Of a stretch of 64,000 bases of DNA, positions 12,096 through 24,362 are shown piece after piece. The position numbers and the translations under genes are program-made. Source of the stretch: Isurus oxyrinchus (taxonomy: Eukaryota). Location: positions 6,262,001 to 6,326,000 of the forward strand of contig JANJGN010000039.1 in assembly GCA_026770705.1 (NCBI GenBank), read 5' to 3'. The notes beneath the pieces were generated by a model. The model saw nothing but the letters and a program-made list of their open reading frames with translations, searched no databases and was not told where the DNA came from. Position 1 is the stretch's first letter. Every line of letters starts with the position of its first letter.

Positions 12096-15050
12096 TATAT
12101 GCCTCAGGTTCATTATCTTCAGTTCTTTCTTTCTAAACAATGTTATCAAATACATTGTTAGATAATTGAATTTCAACACCTCCCCCCGACCTTCATATTC
12201 CTGTTCTTCATGTTTCAACCTGTGAGCTTGTGATCTTGTTACTATGCAATCGGGAAGGAACCTAGGATGCTCTTTCTGCAAAACATAGGTTGAAAATAAC
12301 TCTACATATCCTCAACTACAATACATATCAGCCACATCTGTGATCCAGGAATGACATTACCTAAAACATATTGGATCACTGTAATGGGCAATTTGCCACT
12401 CCTCAGACACAGCAGATCACCTATTTTCCACCTACTGTTAACATGTACCTTCCACAATGAACTAGGCTTAGCATCTCGATGATTCCCAATTATTATCACC
12501 TGTTCTGGCAATACATCCTCTGAGCAACAAGTATCACTCTCCGGCAACATTAAGGATTGTCTCGCCCATGTATTTCTTTAAATTCTCATTATTTTCCTGC
12601 TCTGCCCTATACATAGTGAAAGAGTTCCGCATCATGTACAAAATGTTTATACATTTCCACAACCTGCTCCCCAGAACTCGCTTGGGTTAGGAACACATTC
12701 AAGTCATTCTTGACATATCATTGATTCTTCCTTTCTTTACCATTAAACACCCCGCTTCTTTTTCCTCTGCCTGAACTTCAGAAGCCACGATAATTTAATA
12801 ATTTAATACCCAGAAATTTGCTGCATCTGATTAATTCCCTCAATTTTTCCTGAGATTTCCAACACACTGACTTCTTGTGCCCAAATTTATCACTTTGAAA
12901 ACACTTCAAATTTGGAGTGTCTCTACGGTCCTTAGCACCGTCCAATTTAATTTTTGAAAAATAAATTGTTCCTTGGAATTTGCACGTGCTCCTTCCCTCC
13001 CCTTATTACACACAGTCCTTTCACTTTCCTATTTTGTATGCCTCACTTATTTAAAAGGGTGACGAAAAGAAACGAATAGATGTAGGAGATAACTGCTAAT
13101 GGTCAGCTATTTCTGTGGCATGTCTTACCGTTCTAACCCTCTGTCCCTGAACATGAGATCTCACTACAGAAGGAAGTGAATCTTTTAGTTAATCTAAAAG
13201 TTCTCCTTCTCAGAAGCACCATATGTGTCTGTATATTTAATGCTTGCATTTATCAATCGAAATTATTGTGTTTAACTCTTCCAAACTCAGTTTACATTTG
13301 CCCCGGCTCCTTTCTTGTACTCCTAAATTTCTTCATGTCTGCCTCAAGATCCAACTCATATGCACTCAAATATGTACTTTATCACTTCAGAATCCATTGA
13401 GCTTTCTTCTGACAGTGAAGCGTAACTATAATGAGCTCCACACAATAACGTATAGCTTAACAACAATATCAGGTTGAGTTCTGGTGATTTAAACTCTTTA
13501 TTATCTCCTCAAATGTAACAGAGAGCGCCTTGACGTCTCTCCCTCTTCAATCTTGGAAAAGATTGAACAAATTTAGATGGCTGCCCAGCAGGATATACGT
13601 TTTTCAACATCAGAACTTACATCAACATCATATGTCTCTTTTAAAAAACTCTAATGTATTAAAGTCAGAACTCTCTATCTCTTTCCTTGAATCTCTCCTC
13701 AATTGTTAACGTTTTCTTCTGGATATCAAGTTTTTATATTTCCAAATTTTTTTTATATAATCTCTTTTTTTTTTCCTTTTGCATCCAATTCAAGTTTTTT
13801 CAGTTACTTTGCTTATTGAAATTCAAGCCTCCTCAATTCCAATTGGAGTTTCACTTCCTCCAGCTTTGACACACTAGTTTCAGTTTTTACTTCCAACATA
13901 AAATGTTGTGCTATCAGTTCAACTATGTCTGATTTCTTTGCTCCCACATTTAGCCTCAACTGCAACTTAACCAACAGACCTGTTGCTTACCCTTAGATTC
14001 TTTTCCTGTAATCAAATGGGAGTTATTAATGCTATTTCCAATAACGATTTAGCCATTGATAAGGGCATCTTGCTGTCTCCCAACTTTAACAATACCTCAA
14101 GCCAACTCTTGAATTCAAAGCGCTTCTCGTCCCTCCAACCTTAATGTTCAGCTTCTCCAAGCCACTCAAATATTTTCTAATATACAGCAATTAATCCTCA
14201 TTTTTTATGATGCGACAATGATGTGTGCTAGGTGGATGAAACAGACAAAAAAAAAACTTGTTCAAGCAGTCACAACGATTTGGCAATTTGTATTTATTTC
14301 GAGATGCATGCCCTGAATTGAGGGGTAATAAGCCCATCAAGGTTTCGGTAAACTAAATTAAACATTTAATAACAACATTTAGGATTAAAAGCAAATCGAT
14401 TGGTCTACAAATTAACACAATAATAAATCCTAAAACGCCGAATTAATTTGGCTTCCATTTACACCCTCGTTAAAGCAACAGTAAAACAAGAAACACATCC
14501 CGGCTAGTCACACATCACCCTGGACAGAATAATTCAAAGTGGCGTTTTTCACAGCTTGGATTTCTGTAAACAGCAGCTTTATGCTCAAAGGATGGGGGCT
14601 TTTCTCAATTATGTTAGATTTTACATTGCCTCCTCGAACTGCAAAGTTCCACATCCTTGTTATATGTTTCTCCCTTTAACTGAGAATTTCATTTTCCCCA
14701 AATATCTTTCGAACATTACTTTTTTCCGTACAAAAACTCATTACATGGTGCTAATGTTATTGTTAACTTTTTGAAAACAAAATAAATGCACCACTTTGCT
14801 AGTCTTCACGGGCAAGGTGTTACATCCTCTTTGAAACGCAAACTACCCAGATTTAACTAAAATGCAGACTCGACACATCTCACATTCCAAATCTTCAGCC
14901 ACGTTTACATATTTTGCATTTCAAAACTTCCTTATTTTGTTGACTCAAGGCCTCCAGACTTAGTAATTTAATTGCTGTCTGCAAGTAAATTAAATCTCAC
15001 AAACAAACTGAAATTATCTAAAACCCAATATTAACCCAGCTATAAAATAA
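12095..15050 (-). mobile_element. Gypsy LTR retrotransposon (Gmr1-like), 5' half: LTR, SCAN-like gag, zinc knuckle, protease
   Basis: Decayed motifs: AYELDLEADMKKFRSTRKEPGQ and DSLPSVVRSHVQGQRVRTVRHATEIADH (SCAN-like gag), CFQSDKFGHKKSVCWK (knuckle), ILRNTWARQSL (for ILRDTGASQSL), FLPDCIVTRSQ. Probable LTR ~14205-15050. Confidence 0.8.
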
Positions 15051-17184
15051 TAACACGAGAAATATTAGTTATTCGGTAAAATATGGTTTAAATGGATTTC
15101 TAAAATACATAAAATCAAGCCCTCAAGGAGGATATTGTTTTCATTACTGGACAAAACAATTTTACAATAATCTGAAAGCATTTGGACGGTTGCAGAATAA
15201 TTTCACCACTATTGCTCTAAGGAAGAGAATTATAAATTACTTAGCAAGATCGTAGCATTGGAAGAGAGAAAGTTTCAAGATGGCTCGGTAGGGAGAGAGT
15301 TAATAAACTTCATGGAGGTTTGAGTTTATTGTAAACAGGGCCGAGTGAACTGGTTTTTTAAATGATCACAAGGAAAGGGCGGGTTTGTAGGCCAGGGGCC
15401 ACTGACGGTTCAATAGTCCTTGGGGAATGAGATGATAATTGACCTGTAATTTGAGTTGAGGGAGGAGTTCCATAGAACACATGCGCAGGAGGTGTTGGTC
15501 AATGAGTCTCTAAACACACCCAGGCGATCAGAATCTGTTAATAAGCCCTTGGGGGTGCAGGGCTTATTAATCCTAGGCGCCAATGTGGCGGGGGTGGTGG
15601 AGGGGGGGGGGGGTTCTGTGGAGTGGTCTGTGTGGAGGGGGGTGGGGTGGGGGTGGGTGGTATGGTTTTGGGTATGGGGTGGTGGTGGTAAATGATTTAA
15701 GGACCAGGGGGTGGATTATTAAATCCCGGGTAGAGGGAACAGGAGTGTGCAGACCCAGATGAAGCGTGTAGTGAATACTGCTTAAGAAAGAAAGCAAGAA
15801 ATGAAAAAGCAAAAAAGCATGAAAGAAGAAAGGAAGGAAAGAAAGACAGAAAGAAAGAAAGAAATAAAGAGGAGCAGCAACTTAATTTACCCATTGGGCC
15901 TGTCCCTTGTTTCAAACTCAGGAAGAAAATATGGATCAATATATTCAGTTTATGGGAGCATTAACTTAACTGCGCTGGGTTCACGCGTGTTACAAAGAAC
16001 ACCAGGTAACGGTCGCTGATTTAGGAATGCCGGTTAGGGGCCCATATTAGTTTTCCACGATGGGATTGTTCTCATTAATAAAAACTGGGAGAGAGGAGGC
16101 AGTGTTGTGGACCTTGATAGAGAGGAAACTATTTGAAAGCTGTGGAAATTGGGGGCTGGATCTTTAATCTCAAGTGACGGGCTGATGAGTAACAGGGTTA
16201 CCTGGGGCTACGGAAAATGGTGATTTATATCAGTGAGTGGGCGTTCGCTAATATAGCCTGGTGGTAGGCTGGCGGTAAAAATGGTAACAAAAATGGTGAC
16301 AAACGGGGCGGGGGGTGGGGTGGGGAGGCGTTTGGGGGTCATAACGCCGGGGAGATGTCGCAAGTTATTTTAGCCCCGAGCAAGCGTGTGTTTTTATAAA
16401 TGCATGAAGGAGACTTAGATTAGGAAACCCTGGGAAGAGACAGAATCTTAAAAGCCAACAGCCTGGAAAACAGTTTAATACTTTAAGTGGCGAGGGAACG
16501 GTTTATTAAAAAGTGGGAGGAAAGTGAGGATGGGGGAGTTAATTCAACCTGCGGGAATGGTCTCAGATGTGATTGAGGGAGTTTTGATCATGGTTTTCAA
16601 GAGGCAATTGGTCTTGAGCTTGAAAGGGGAGTATTTACCGGGCTACTGGGGAAGGGCGGAGGACTGGGACTAGATGAATAACATTTGCAGGCAGCCAATA
16701 CTGGTGAGAAGAGCTGAATGGCCTCCCTTTCTCCTGTAAACATCCAATGATTTACAGATTAAATTTCCAGTCACGAAATGTTTTACTCATTCTGCCATTG
16801 ACAGTAACTGCATTTCTACTTTGTAACCGAGTTATTTTGCTGTAAATGTGAGAGTGTCTCTCGCTCTACTCCCTTTACAGACAATGCGTTCCAAACTGCA
16901 ACCAGACACCGCATGAAAAAATAATTACATTTCAGTGTAACTTTTCCAACAGTTTCATTGAATCTATTTAACCTGGACATTTGCCTCTGTGCACATGGGA
17001 AGATTTTCATACCATCCACTGTCTCTAGGTCCCTCATAATACATTAACGCTGAATTATTGTTGGGAGGGTTTTGATGGAGTGTATCATGCAGTGCAGACA
17101 GAAATCTGAACTTATCCAATATTTTTGATTAAATCAGAAAAGCATCAACACATTGGCACCATTTTCCTGAAGGGGAACCTTGAA

Positions 17185-17680
17185 AAGTTAATCAGTGGAT
17201 ATCAGATTCATCTACAATTCTACAACATCGTAGGAGCTGCAGACTAAAGATCTGGATCAGTGGGTACATGATTCAGATTCACCTCAGCAACATGCCAATG
17301 ACTGCGGACTGGAGATCTGGACCAATGCATACAGGATATAAAACCTTCTGCGCAACATCCCATGTACCACTGACTGCATACCTGGACCGATGAAAGCAGG
17401 ATTGAAGTCTATCTCCAACCTTGGCTGCTGACTCCAGACTGGAAATTTGGATCAGTGGCTACAGTATTCACTTTCAAACCCACAACATCCCAGCTACCAC
17501 AGGATGGAGATCTGGATAAGTGGAGACAAGTTTCAAATCCCCGTCCAGCACATTGCTGCTCATGCAGACTGGAGATCTGTATCAGTGTATACAGGGTTTA
17601 AATTCATCTCCAAAATATAATTGTTACTGTAGGCTGGAGATCTGGATCAGGGGATACAGAATTTAAATTCACCCCCAAAA
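17185..17680 (+). repeat. Degenerate 65-bp minisatellite, ~7-8 units
   Basis: The GATCTG(G/T)A anchor falls at 17249, 17314, 17509, 17574 and 17639, with decayed copies near 17379 and 17444. The period is 65 bp. Confidence 0.85.
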
Positions 17681-17689
17681 TTTTTAGAG

Positions 17690-18375
17690 AAAGAAACAGA
17701 AAAAACTGTGGAGGGTGGAAATCCAAGACGAAGACAGAAATACCTGGAAAAACTCAGCATGTCTGGCAGCATCGGCGGAGAAGAACAAATTAGACGTTTC
17801 GAGTCGTCATGACCCTTCAACAGTACTGAGTAAAAATAGGAGAGGGGTGAAATATAAGCTGGATTAAGGTTGGGTGGGGGGCACGGGGGTGGGTGGGGGT
17901 TGGGAAGAGATGTGCGTGTGGGATGTGGCTGTAGAGACAAGCAAACAGTAATAGAAGCTGATAATCAAAAGCTGTCCCACTCAAAAGAACAAAGAGGTGT
18001 TGAAGGTGGTGGCATTACCTAAAATAATGTGCTAATTAAGAATGGATGGCAGGATGCACAAGGTACAGCTATAGTGGAGGTGGGATGAAATAAGACTAAG
18101 AGGATATAAAAGGTATAGATTTACAAATAATGGAAATAGGTAGGAAAAGAAAAATCTATATAAATTATTGGAAAAAATGGATGGCGAAGAAACAGAACGG
18201 TGGTGGGGATGGAGGAGGGAGTTCAAGATCTAAAGTTGTTGAATTCAGTATTCAGTCTGAAAGGCTGCAAAGTGTCTTATCGGAAGATGAGGTGCTGTTC
18301 CTCCAGTTTGCGTTGAGCTTCACTGGAACAATGCAGAAGGCCAAGGACAGACATGTGGGCAAGAGAGCACGCAGC
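17690..18375 (-). mobile_element. Penelope-like element 3' fragment (older copy)
   Basis: Homologous to 20311-21000, including the GIY-YIG C-terminus (AQRKLEEQHLIFR) and tail. Confidence 0.8.
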
Positions 18376-19260
18376 ATCGTAATTAATCCAGAAATTACAA
18401 TCTTTGATGCGCTGCTTTTCAAGCTGCCACCTTGCTCCCTAAAGTCTGTTGCAGGTCCCCATCCCTATTGGTACTTAGGACGCATATGAACCAATGCATT
18501 TGGCTGCTCGCCCTCCCCATTCAGAATTCCTTGGAGCAGTAAAATGACAATCCTGACCCTGGTTCCAGGGAAGTAACGCACCATCCTGGAGTCACGCCTG
18601 TGGCCGCTGATACGCCTGACTCTGACCTAAACTATTGTTGTTCCTCGCTTTCACCACCCCCAAGATTTTGCAGGAATAAACACTTTCACCATTTTCCAAC
18701 ACAAAGTAAGAATCTGTTCTTAAAAGAGACAGACTCTGTGCCTTTCCTGACTATTTACTTGCTTCCCTTCTTCTGACTTTGGTCACCCATTCCTTGTCTG
18801 ACTCCACGTCCTTAAACTGTGCGGTGACTGCATGCAATAGAAAAAAACACATGCTATCCATATAAGTCTCGGGCACCGGAGTGCACGACTGTGCATCCAG
18901 CTGATTGTTGAGCTCCAAAACCCGGTTCTCAAGCGTGTTGAAAGGGTCCCACATTCTCCAGATATGGTCATCCATGCAGCCAAGTGAGCTTTATCTATGT
19001 CAGCCTCTATCTCAGACTTGCTGATCAGCTGTAGCGACCGTGAAGCACCGAAAACAGCTTCCTGATTGGGGAAGAAGGCCCCGAGTTACCAAATGAAGTT
19101 CCAGATTGGCTGTTGCGTCCTTTAGCCATCAAATGATGCTCCCTGATTGGCTGTTGGTCACCGGGCGGATTTCGCGGATTATGTCAGGCGAATGTCAGCG
19201 AAATACCAAATAGTTTGAGTGAATCGTGGTTCACCTGGTCAAGCATTCCGATTGGAGGAG
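18376..19260 (-). mobile_element. CR1 LINE 5' region (ORF1 N-terminus and SGNH esterase-like part, 5'UTR)
   Basis: DDHIWRM..LENRVLELNNQLDA and RDSRMVRYFPGTRVRIVILLLQGILNGEGEQP match fish/shark CR1 ORF1. Confidence 0.75.
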
Positions 19261-19602
19261 GTGGCTTTCAACAATGGGGTGCGTGAAATAATAGTGTGGC
19301 TGTGGTGGTTTGGGGTAATGTTTGTGTGAGTCCCTGGGTGAAGCTCCGGCTTGACTGTGCTACCTGTCAGGCAGCGGGCAGAGCTCCCGGATTCGCTGAG
19401 TCTCTGAATAATATGTAGAACCGATACTTCACGACAGTCTTGAACTGCTGTCTGATCATAGACTGACTCTGCCCATAAATTAACATCTCTGTGCAGTATC
19501 TTTAATTCATCAGCATAAATTTGGCACGTTAACATGTATAGGCAGGATATCTATAGTAAACTAATTTTAACATATACGAATATATAAGATTACCCATCCA
19601 GG

Positions 19603-19975
19603 AATGTGATTTGGTGCTGGTTAGAATACAATCATACAGGGTGTTGATAATTGAGTGGATTTAGTGCTGGGTAACACATATTCAGCAGAGTATTTGATAA
19701 GTGAGTGGGTTTACTGCTGGTTAAAGTCAACTGAGCAGAGTATCAATAAGTGAATGAGATTTAGAGCTGGTTAAAATACATTCAAGAGAGTGTTGATAAG
19801 TGAGTGGATTTAGTGCTGGTGAAAATACATTCAGCAGATCATTGATAAGTGAATGAGAATTAGTGCTGTTTAAAATACATTCAGCAGAGTGTTGATAAGA
19901 GTGTACTGGTTAAGATACATTCAGCAGATTGATGCTAAGTGAATGGGATTTTTCACTGTTTAAAATACATTCAGC
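19603..19975 (+). repeat. ~49-50-bp minisatellite, ~7.5 units
   Basis: Unit ~TTAGTGCTGGTTAAAATACATTCAGCAGAGTGTTGATAAGTGAGTGGAT, with anchors near 19661, 19711, 19761, 19810 and 19860. Confidence 0.9.
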
Positions 19976-20310
19976 TGCCATTTCCATATCCTCCATGCTT
20001 AATGCCCAAATCTCATCCACGATGTGACTAACATTTAGTTCCTCTTTTGTTTCATGTGTGTTTGAAGGCACTTTTAATGTATGTTGCCACATTTCTTTCC
20101 AGGCATGTGCTAATGTCTCCAACTGAATTGTCTTTGGGAACTGTTTTGCATGTGCCTACATTTTCTCAGTCTTCTGGCCTAATGCTAATCTTGGCTTAAT
20201 TGTGCACCGTTCCTTTCCAGCTATAAAACGCGTGCCTTTCTGAGTTAGCCATGGGGACATTACCGTTAATTTAATTGATGACCATTCCTAGAATAAACTA
20301 CTTTTTAATT

Positions 20311-21179
20311 ATAAAAACAAAAAACTGCGGAAACTGGAAATCCAAAACAAAAACAGAATTACCTGGAAAAACTCAGCAGGTCTGGCAGCATCGGCGGAGA
20401 AGAAAAGAGTTGACGTTTCGAGTCCTTATGACCGTTCGACAGAACTTGATTTCGAGTCCAAGAAAGAGTTGAAATATAAGCTGGTTTAAGGTGTGTGTGT
20501 GGGGGGCGGAGAGATAGAGAGAGAGGGGGGGGGGGGTGTGGTTGTAGGGACAAACAAGCAGTGATAGAAGCAGATCATCAAAAGATGTCAGCAACAATGG
20601 TACTAAAGAACGCATAGGCGTTAAAGTTAAAGTTGGTGATATTATCTAAACGATTTGCTAATTAAGAATGGATGGTAGGGCACTCAAGGTACAGCTCTAG
20701 TGGGGGTGGAGGGAGCATAAAAGATTTTAAAATATTTAAAAATAATGGAAGTAGGTGGGAAAAGAAAAATCTATATAATTTATTGGGGGGAAAAAAGGGG
20801 GGGGGGGAAACAGAAAGGGGGTGGGGATGGGGGAGGGGGGGAGCTCACGACCTAAAGTTGTTGAATTCAATATTCAGACCGGAAGGCTGTAAGGTGCCTA
20901 GTCGGAAGATAGGTGTTGTTCCTCCAGTTTGCGTTGGGCTTCACTGGAACAATGCAGCAAGCCAAGGACAGACATGTGGGCAAGAGAGCAGGGTGGAGTG
21001 TTAAAATGGCAAGCGACAAGGAGGTTTGGGTCATTCTTGCGGACAGACCGCAGGTGTTCTGCAAAGCGGTCGCCCAGTTTACGTTTGGTCTCTCCAATGT
21101 AGAGGAGACCACATTGGGAGCAACGAATGCAGTAGACTAAGTTGGGGGAAATGCAAGTGAAATGCTGCTTCACTTGAAA
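20311..21179 (-). mobile_element. Penelope-like retroelement, 5'-truncated young copy with GIY-YIG endonuclease
   Basis: FTCISPNLVYCIRCSQCGLLYIGETKRKLGDRFAEH...VACHFN is the PLE GIY-YIG with CxxC. There is a 1-nt deletion after EEQHL. Nearly identical to 63425-64000. Confidence 0.92.
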
Positions 21180-22379
21180 TTATGGCGTGTGTGAATGGCC
21201 GCCACTCTCTCAGACTTTGCCTATACTCTCAAAGATTTGCAAACCGTTTAATCCTTAAAACCAGTTTACCAATTTTCCACACACATCTCAATAATTTAGT
21301 CACCATCTCACTGAGCGTCATCAACAATCTTTGATATAAAGTTCCATGTTGCATCAGGGTTTTATGTGCATTTTAGTGAACTGGCAGCTGAGGCTGCTGA
21401 ACAGATACTGGGTTGACACATTCACCCATGTTTGTTCCAATGGAGGGCACCAACTTTCTCTGAATGTCTGCCTCCCACATTTTAATTTCTTTCAAATCCC
21501 GGCCAATAGGGCGCTCCCAATTCCATTCAACCCTCACATGTAGCTCCTTTATCAGGGAAGAATCGATATGAATTAGCAGCTGATCACGGCACAAGAATAC
21601 ATAAAGGTCCATTTATTTTTAATCCTTGAAATGATTTAAAGAAAAGGACGGCTACCACTCTCGGATATTCCTCATTGGGAGACTAGAGTCGATTTGAAAG
21701 GACAGACAGTCACCATTCCCTGCATCATGACAGAGGGAAACCGTTCCAAATCTAATTTTACCGGATAATCCACGGCTGCCTTCTCCAGAAATCCTCACAG
21801 AAGTCACCACTGGGACATTAAGGATGACCAGAAAGCGGCACAGAGGACGGCAGCAGCGCGAAAATAAAGCGCCCCCTCCCCTCCCCGGTCACCAAAAGCT
21901 GGTTAGCCTGTGATGGTCATTATCGAAGGCCAGTGAAACGGTGCCGGGAGACATCATATATTAGATTAGCTCACTTGATGTTGAAAAGGGGGCAGCCTGT
22001 ATTTGAATGTAACAGTGAGAAATAGTCTGATTTAGAGTCGTTATTCTCCTGACAATGTTATTGTGAAAAGGGTCCCGGACTGACTGAGAGCAGGGACCGA
22101 GTCCTACTCGCCTGACAGCAAACCCTCAGCTCGAATGTTGCTTTCCAATTTTACCCGATGGCTCTCTGATCGAGCAGAATGATATGTTCAACGTCCCAAT
22201 AGCAGCCTGGGTCAGGGTTTAATTTACTTTTCACTGCAATGAGTCTAGTGACTTCTCCTAAGGCACTTCCAGACAGGTTACCCTTCTGACATTGCACGTT
22301 TCCTGGCAGACTACCTTAAGTGGGTGATGAATCTTTTGACAAACTATTGTTATGTGGAATACAGTAACTCTATTGCATT

Positions 22380-22855
22380 CCAAGCAGCACTGACACATTT
22401 CTGCACTGATGGATTCCCAGTACTGAATCGTTCAGCGATATCTGGGTTTCAGTATTGAGGAGTTGCTGCACCGCCAGAGAGTCAGTACTGAGAGAGCAGG
22501 ACACCGTCAGAAGTATCAATGCTGGAGCAGAACTGAATTGCCGGATGGTCGGTACAGGTCAACTGCTGTGTTGGCGAAGGACCAGTACTGAAAGTTTGCT
22601 GCAAATTTGAAGAGAGGGACAGGGTGAGACAAGTGCAGAGAGAGAGAGAGTGAAAGACAGAGATTTTGAGAAAAAAAACAAAAATAAAGATAGAGATAAC
22701 AGGAAGGCGACAGGAAGAGAAAGGTTGAGAGAAAAAGGCGGACAGCACTGATGGAGTGCTGCACAATCGGTGGGTCAGTAAGAAATAATGCTGGTCTGTC
22801 AAATTTCAAAACGGAGGGTGTGCTGCAATATTGCTGGGTCAGTGCTGAGGGATCA
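22380..22855 (+). repeat. Decayed ~33-bp satellite (CAGTACTGAGGGAGTGCTGCAC..) flanking a GA-rich tract
   Basis: Recurrent cagtactga/cagcactga and gtgctgca words at 22385-22590 and 22742-22850. Confidence 0.55.
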
Positions 22856-22869
22856 TTTCTGTTTATTTG

Positions 22870-23310
22870 TCCCTCCAACTCTCCCTCTCTCTCTCTTCCT
22901 CTCATCTTCCTGTTATCTCTCATTATGTTTATGTTTCTTTCTCAACATCCGTCTGTCTGTCTCTCTCTCATTCTTTGTCCTTCTCTCAACCAATCCCTCT
23001 CTTTCCTCCTTTTCACGTCCCGTCCCCTGTGACTCAATGTCTCCCTCTCTCCCTCTATTATTGTCCATCTCTACCTTTCTCACTGTTGTTCTCTTCCAGC
23101 CTCTAGTTCTCTTCTTGACTGTCTTTCTGTCCCTCTCCATCCCAGTATGTTCAACTCTCACTATGCCTCCAACTCTCTGCCTATCAGCCTCTTTCTCTCC
23201 CCCCTCTCACACTCTTTCTATCTCTTTTTCAACCTCTCTTTGTCTTTCTCTGTCTGTTAGGCAACCTGCCTCTCTCTCTCTCACTCTCTATATCAATCTG
23301 CATCTCTTTT
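22870..23310. repeat. CT-rich low-complexity tract
   Basis: Visible (CT)n/(TCTG)n composition. Confidence 0.9.
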
Positions 23311-24362
23311 AGGTAGATCGAGGTCCAGTTCTGCCATCTAGGCCAACACACACACCCCGAATCAGCTGCAACGCCGCCCACTTTCTGCAGCTGAATTGAT
23401 GCCTACTTGCTTTATAAACACGAGCATCCAGTGGGAGCTGGAGTGCTGCCCATGCACTGATTTCTACTGATATCTCACTTTCACTTTGTTATCTTACTTG
23501 CGTTGTTGGTTACCCTAAATCTACGCTGTGACTGCATCTCCTCTGAAAGGACTGCACCACGTTCCACTCGGACATTCCATTTCAGCTTCTAATCACGTGT
23601 TGGAAGGAGGATGCATGTCCAATCACTGAGAAGCAGTGGCGATTTTGGAAGTCGGCGTCAGTGGCTTAGTTCTCTGTTCAATCAATGCGAGAGTGAAGGA
23701 TAATGGCCATGTCTTGTGGGCAATGGAAATGTGGAACTAGCTTGAGATGTGTTTCCTGCCCTTCCTGTGTGAGGGATGGGGATGATGGGCTTTGCATTCG
23801 GCCAATGGGATGCGAGGAGTTGGTCAGTGTGTTCATTCAGGGCCTCCCCTCGCCCACGCACACCGCCCCCCCCCCCCCCCACCACCACCCCACCCCATCA
23901 CTGTAAATAAGAGAAAATGCTTTAATTCCAGAACATCATGGTTTCTTTGCTCCCGCAGTGAGAGAAATTTTCCTCCTTTGAAACTGAGCAATGAGCTGAT
24001 AAAATATTGGAAGCGCTGAGTCATTATGGTCCATTGATAAGGACACCTTGAACGCACTGGACACCCCCATCCTACCCCCACTCCCCCGTGCCAGCTGGAA
24101 ATGCTAAATTCAATGAGAGAATTCAGGACCTCCTAGAAATATAATCCTTCCAGATAGTAAACCCACTTCTCCCTCCCAAACATCCCCACCCCATCTCCCA
24201 GCCCCATCCACTGAAAACGTTAAGTTAACTGTTAAAATTCAGGAAGTTCGCATTGATTCTTTCTGCCCAGTGAAAGACCCATAGCCCCTGCTGAAAATGT
24301 GAAATAATGTCCTATAAATGTCAGATATTCAGCTGTTCTAATCATTGAACGAAGTAAAAAAT

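Noticed and set aside
17185-19975. CRISPR-like reading of the 65-bp and 49-bp arrays
   Set aside because: Eukaryotic context, no cas genes, and the 'spacers' are homologous to each other, so these are minisatellites.
20898-21173. GIY-YIG ORF as a host nuclease gene
   Set aside because: 5'-truncated, frameshifted and embedded in a multi-copy Penelope element.
22482-23312. L/S-rich and R/E-rich ORFs, apparently membrane-like
   Set aside because: Translations of a CT/GA low-complexity tract.
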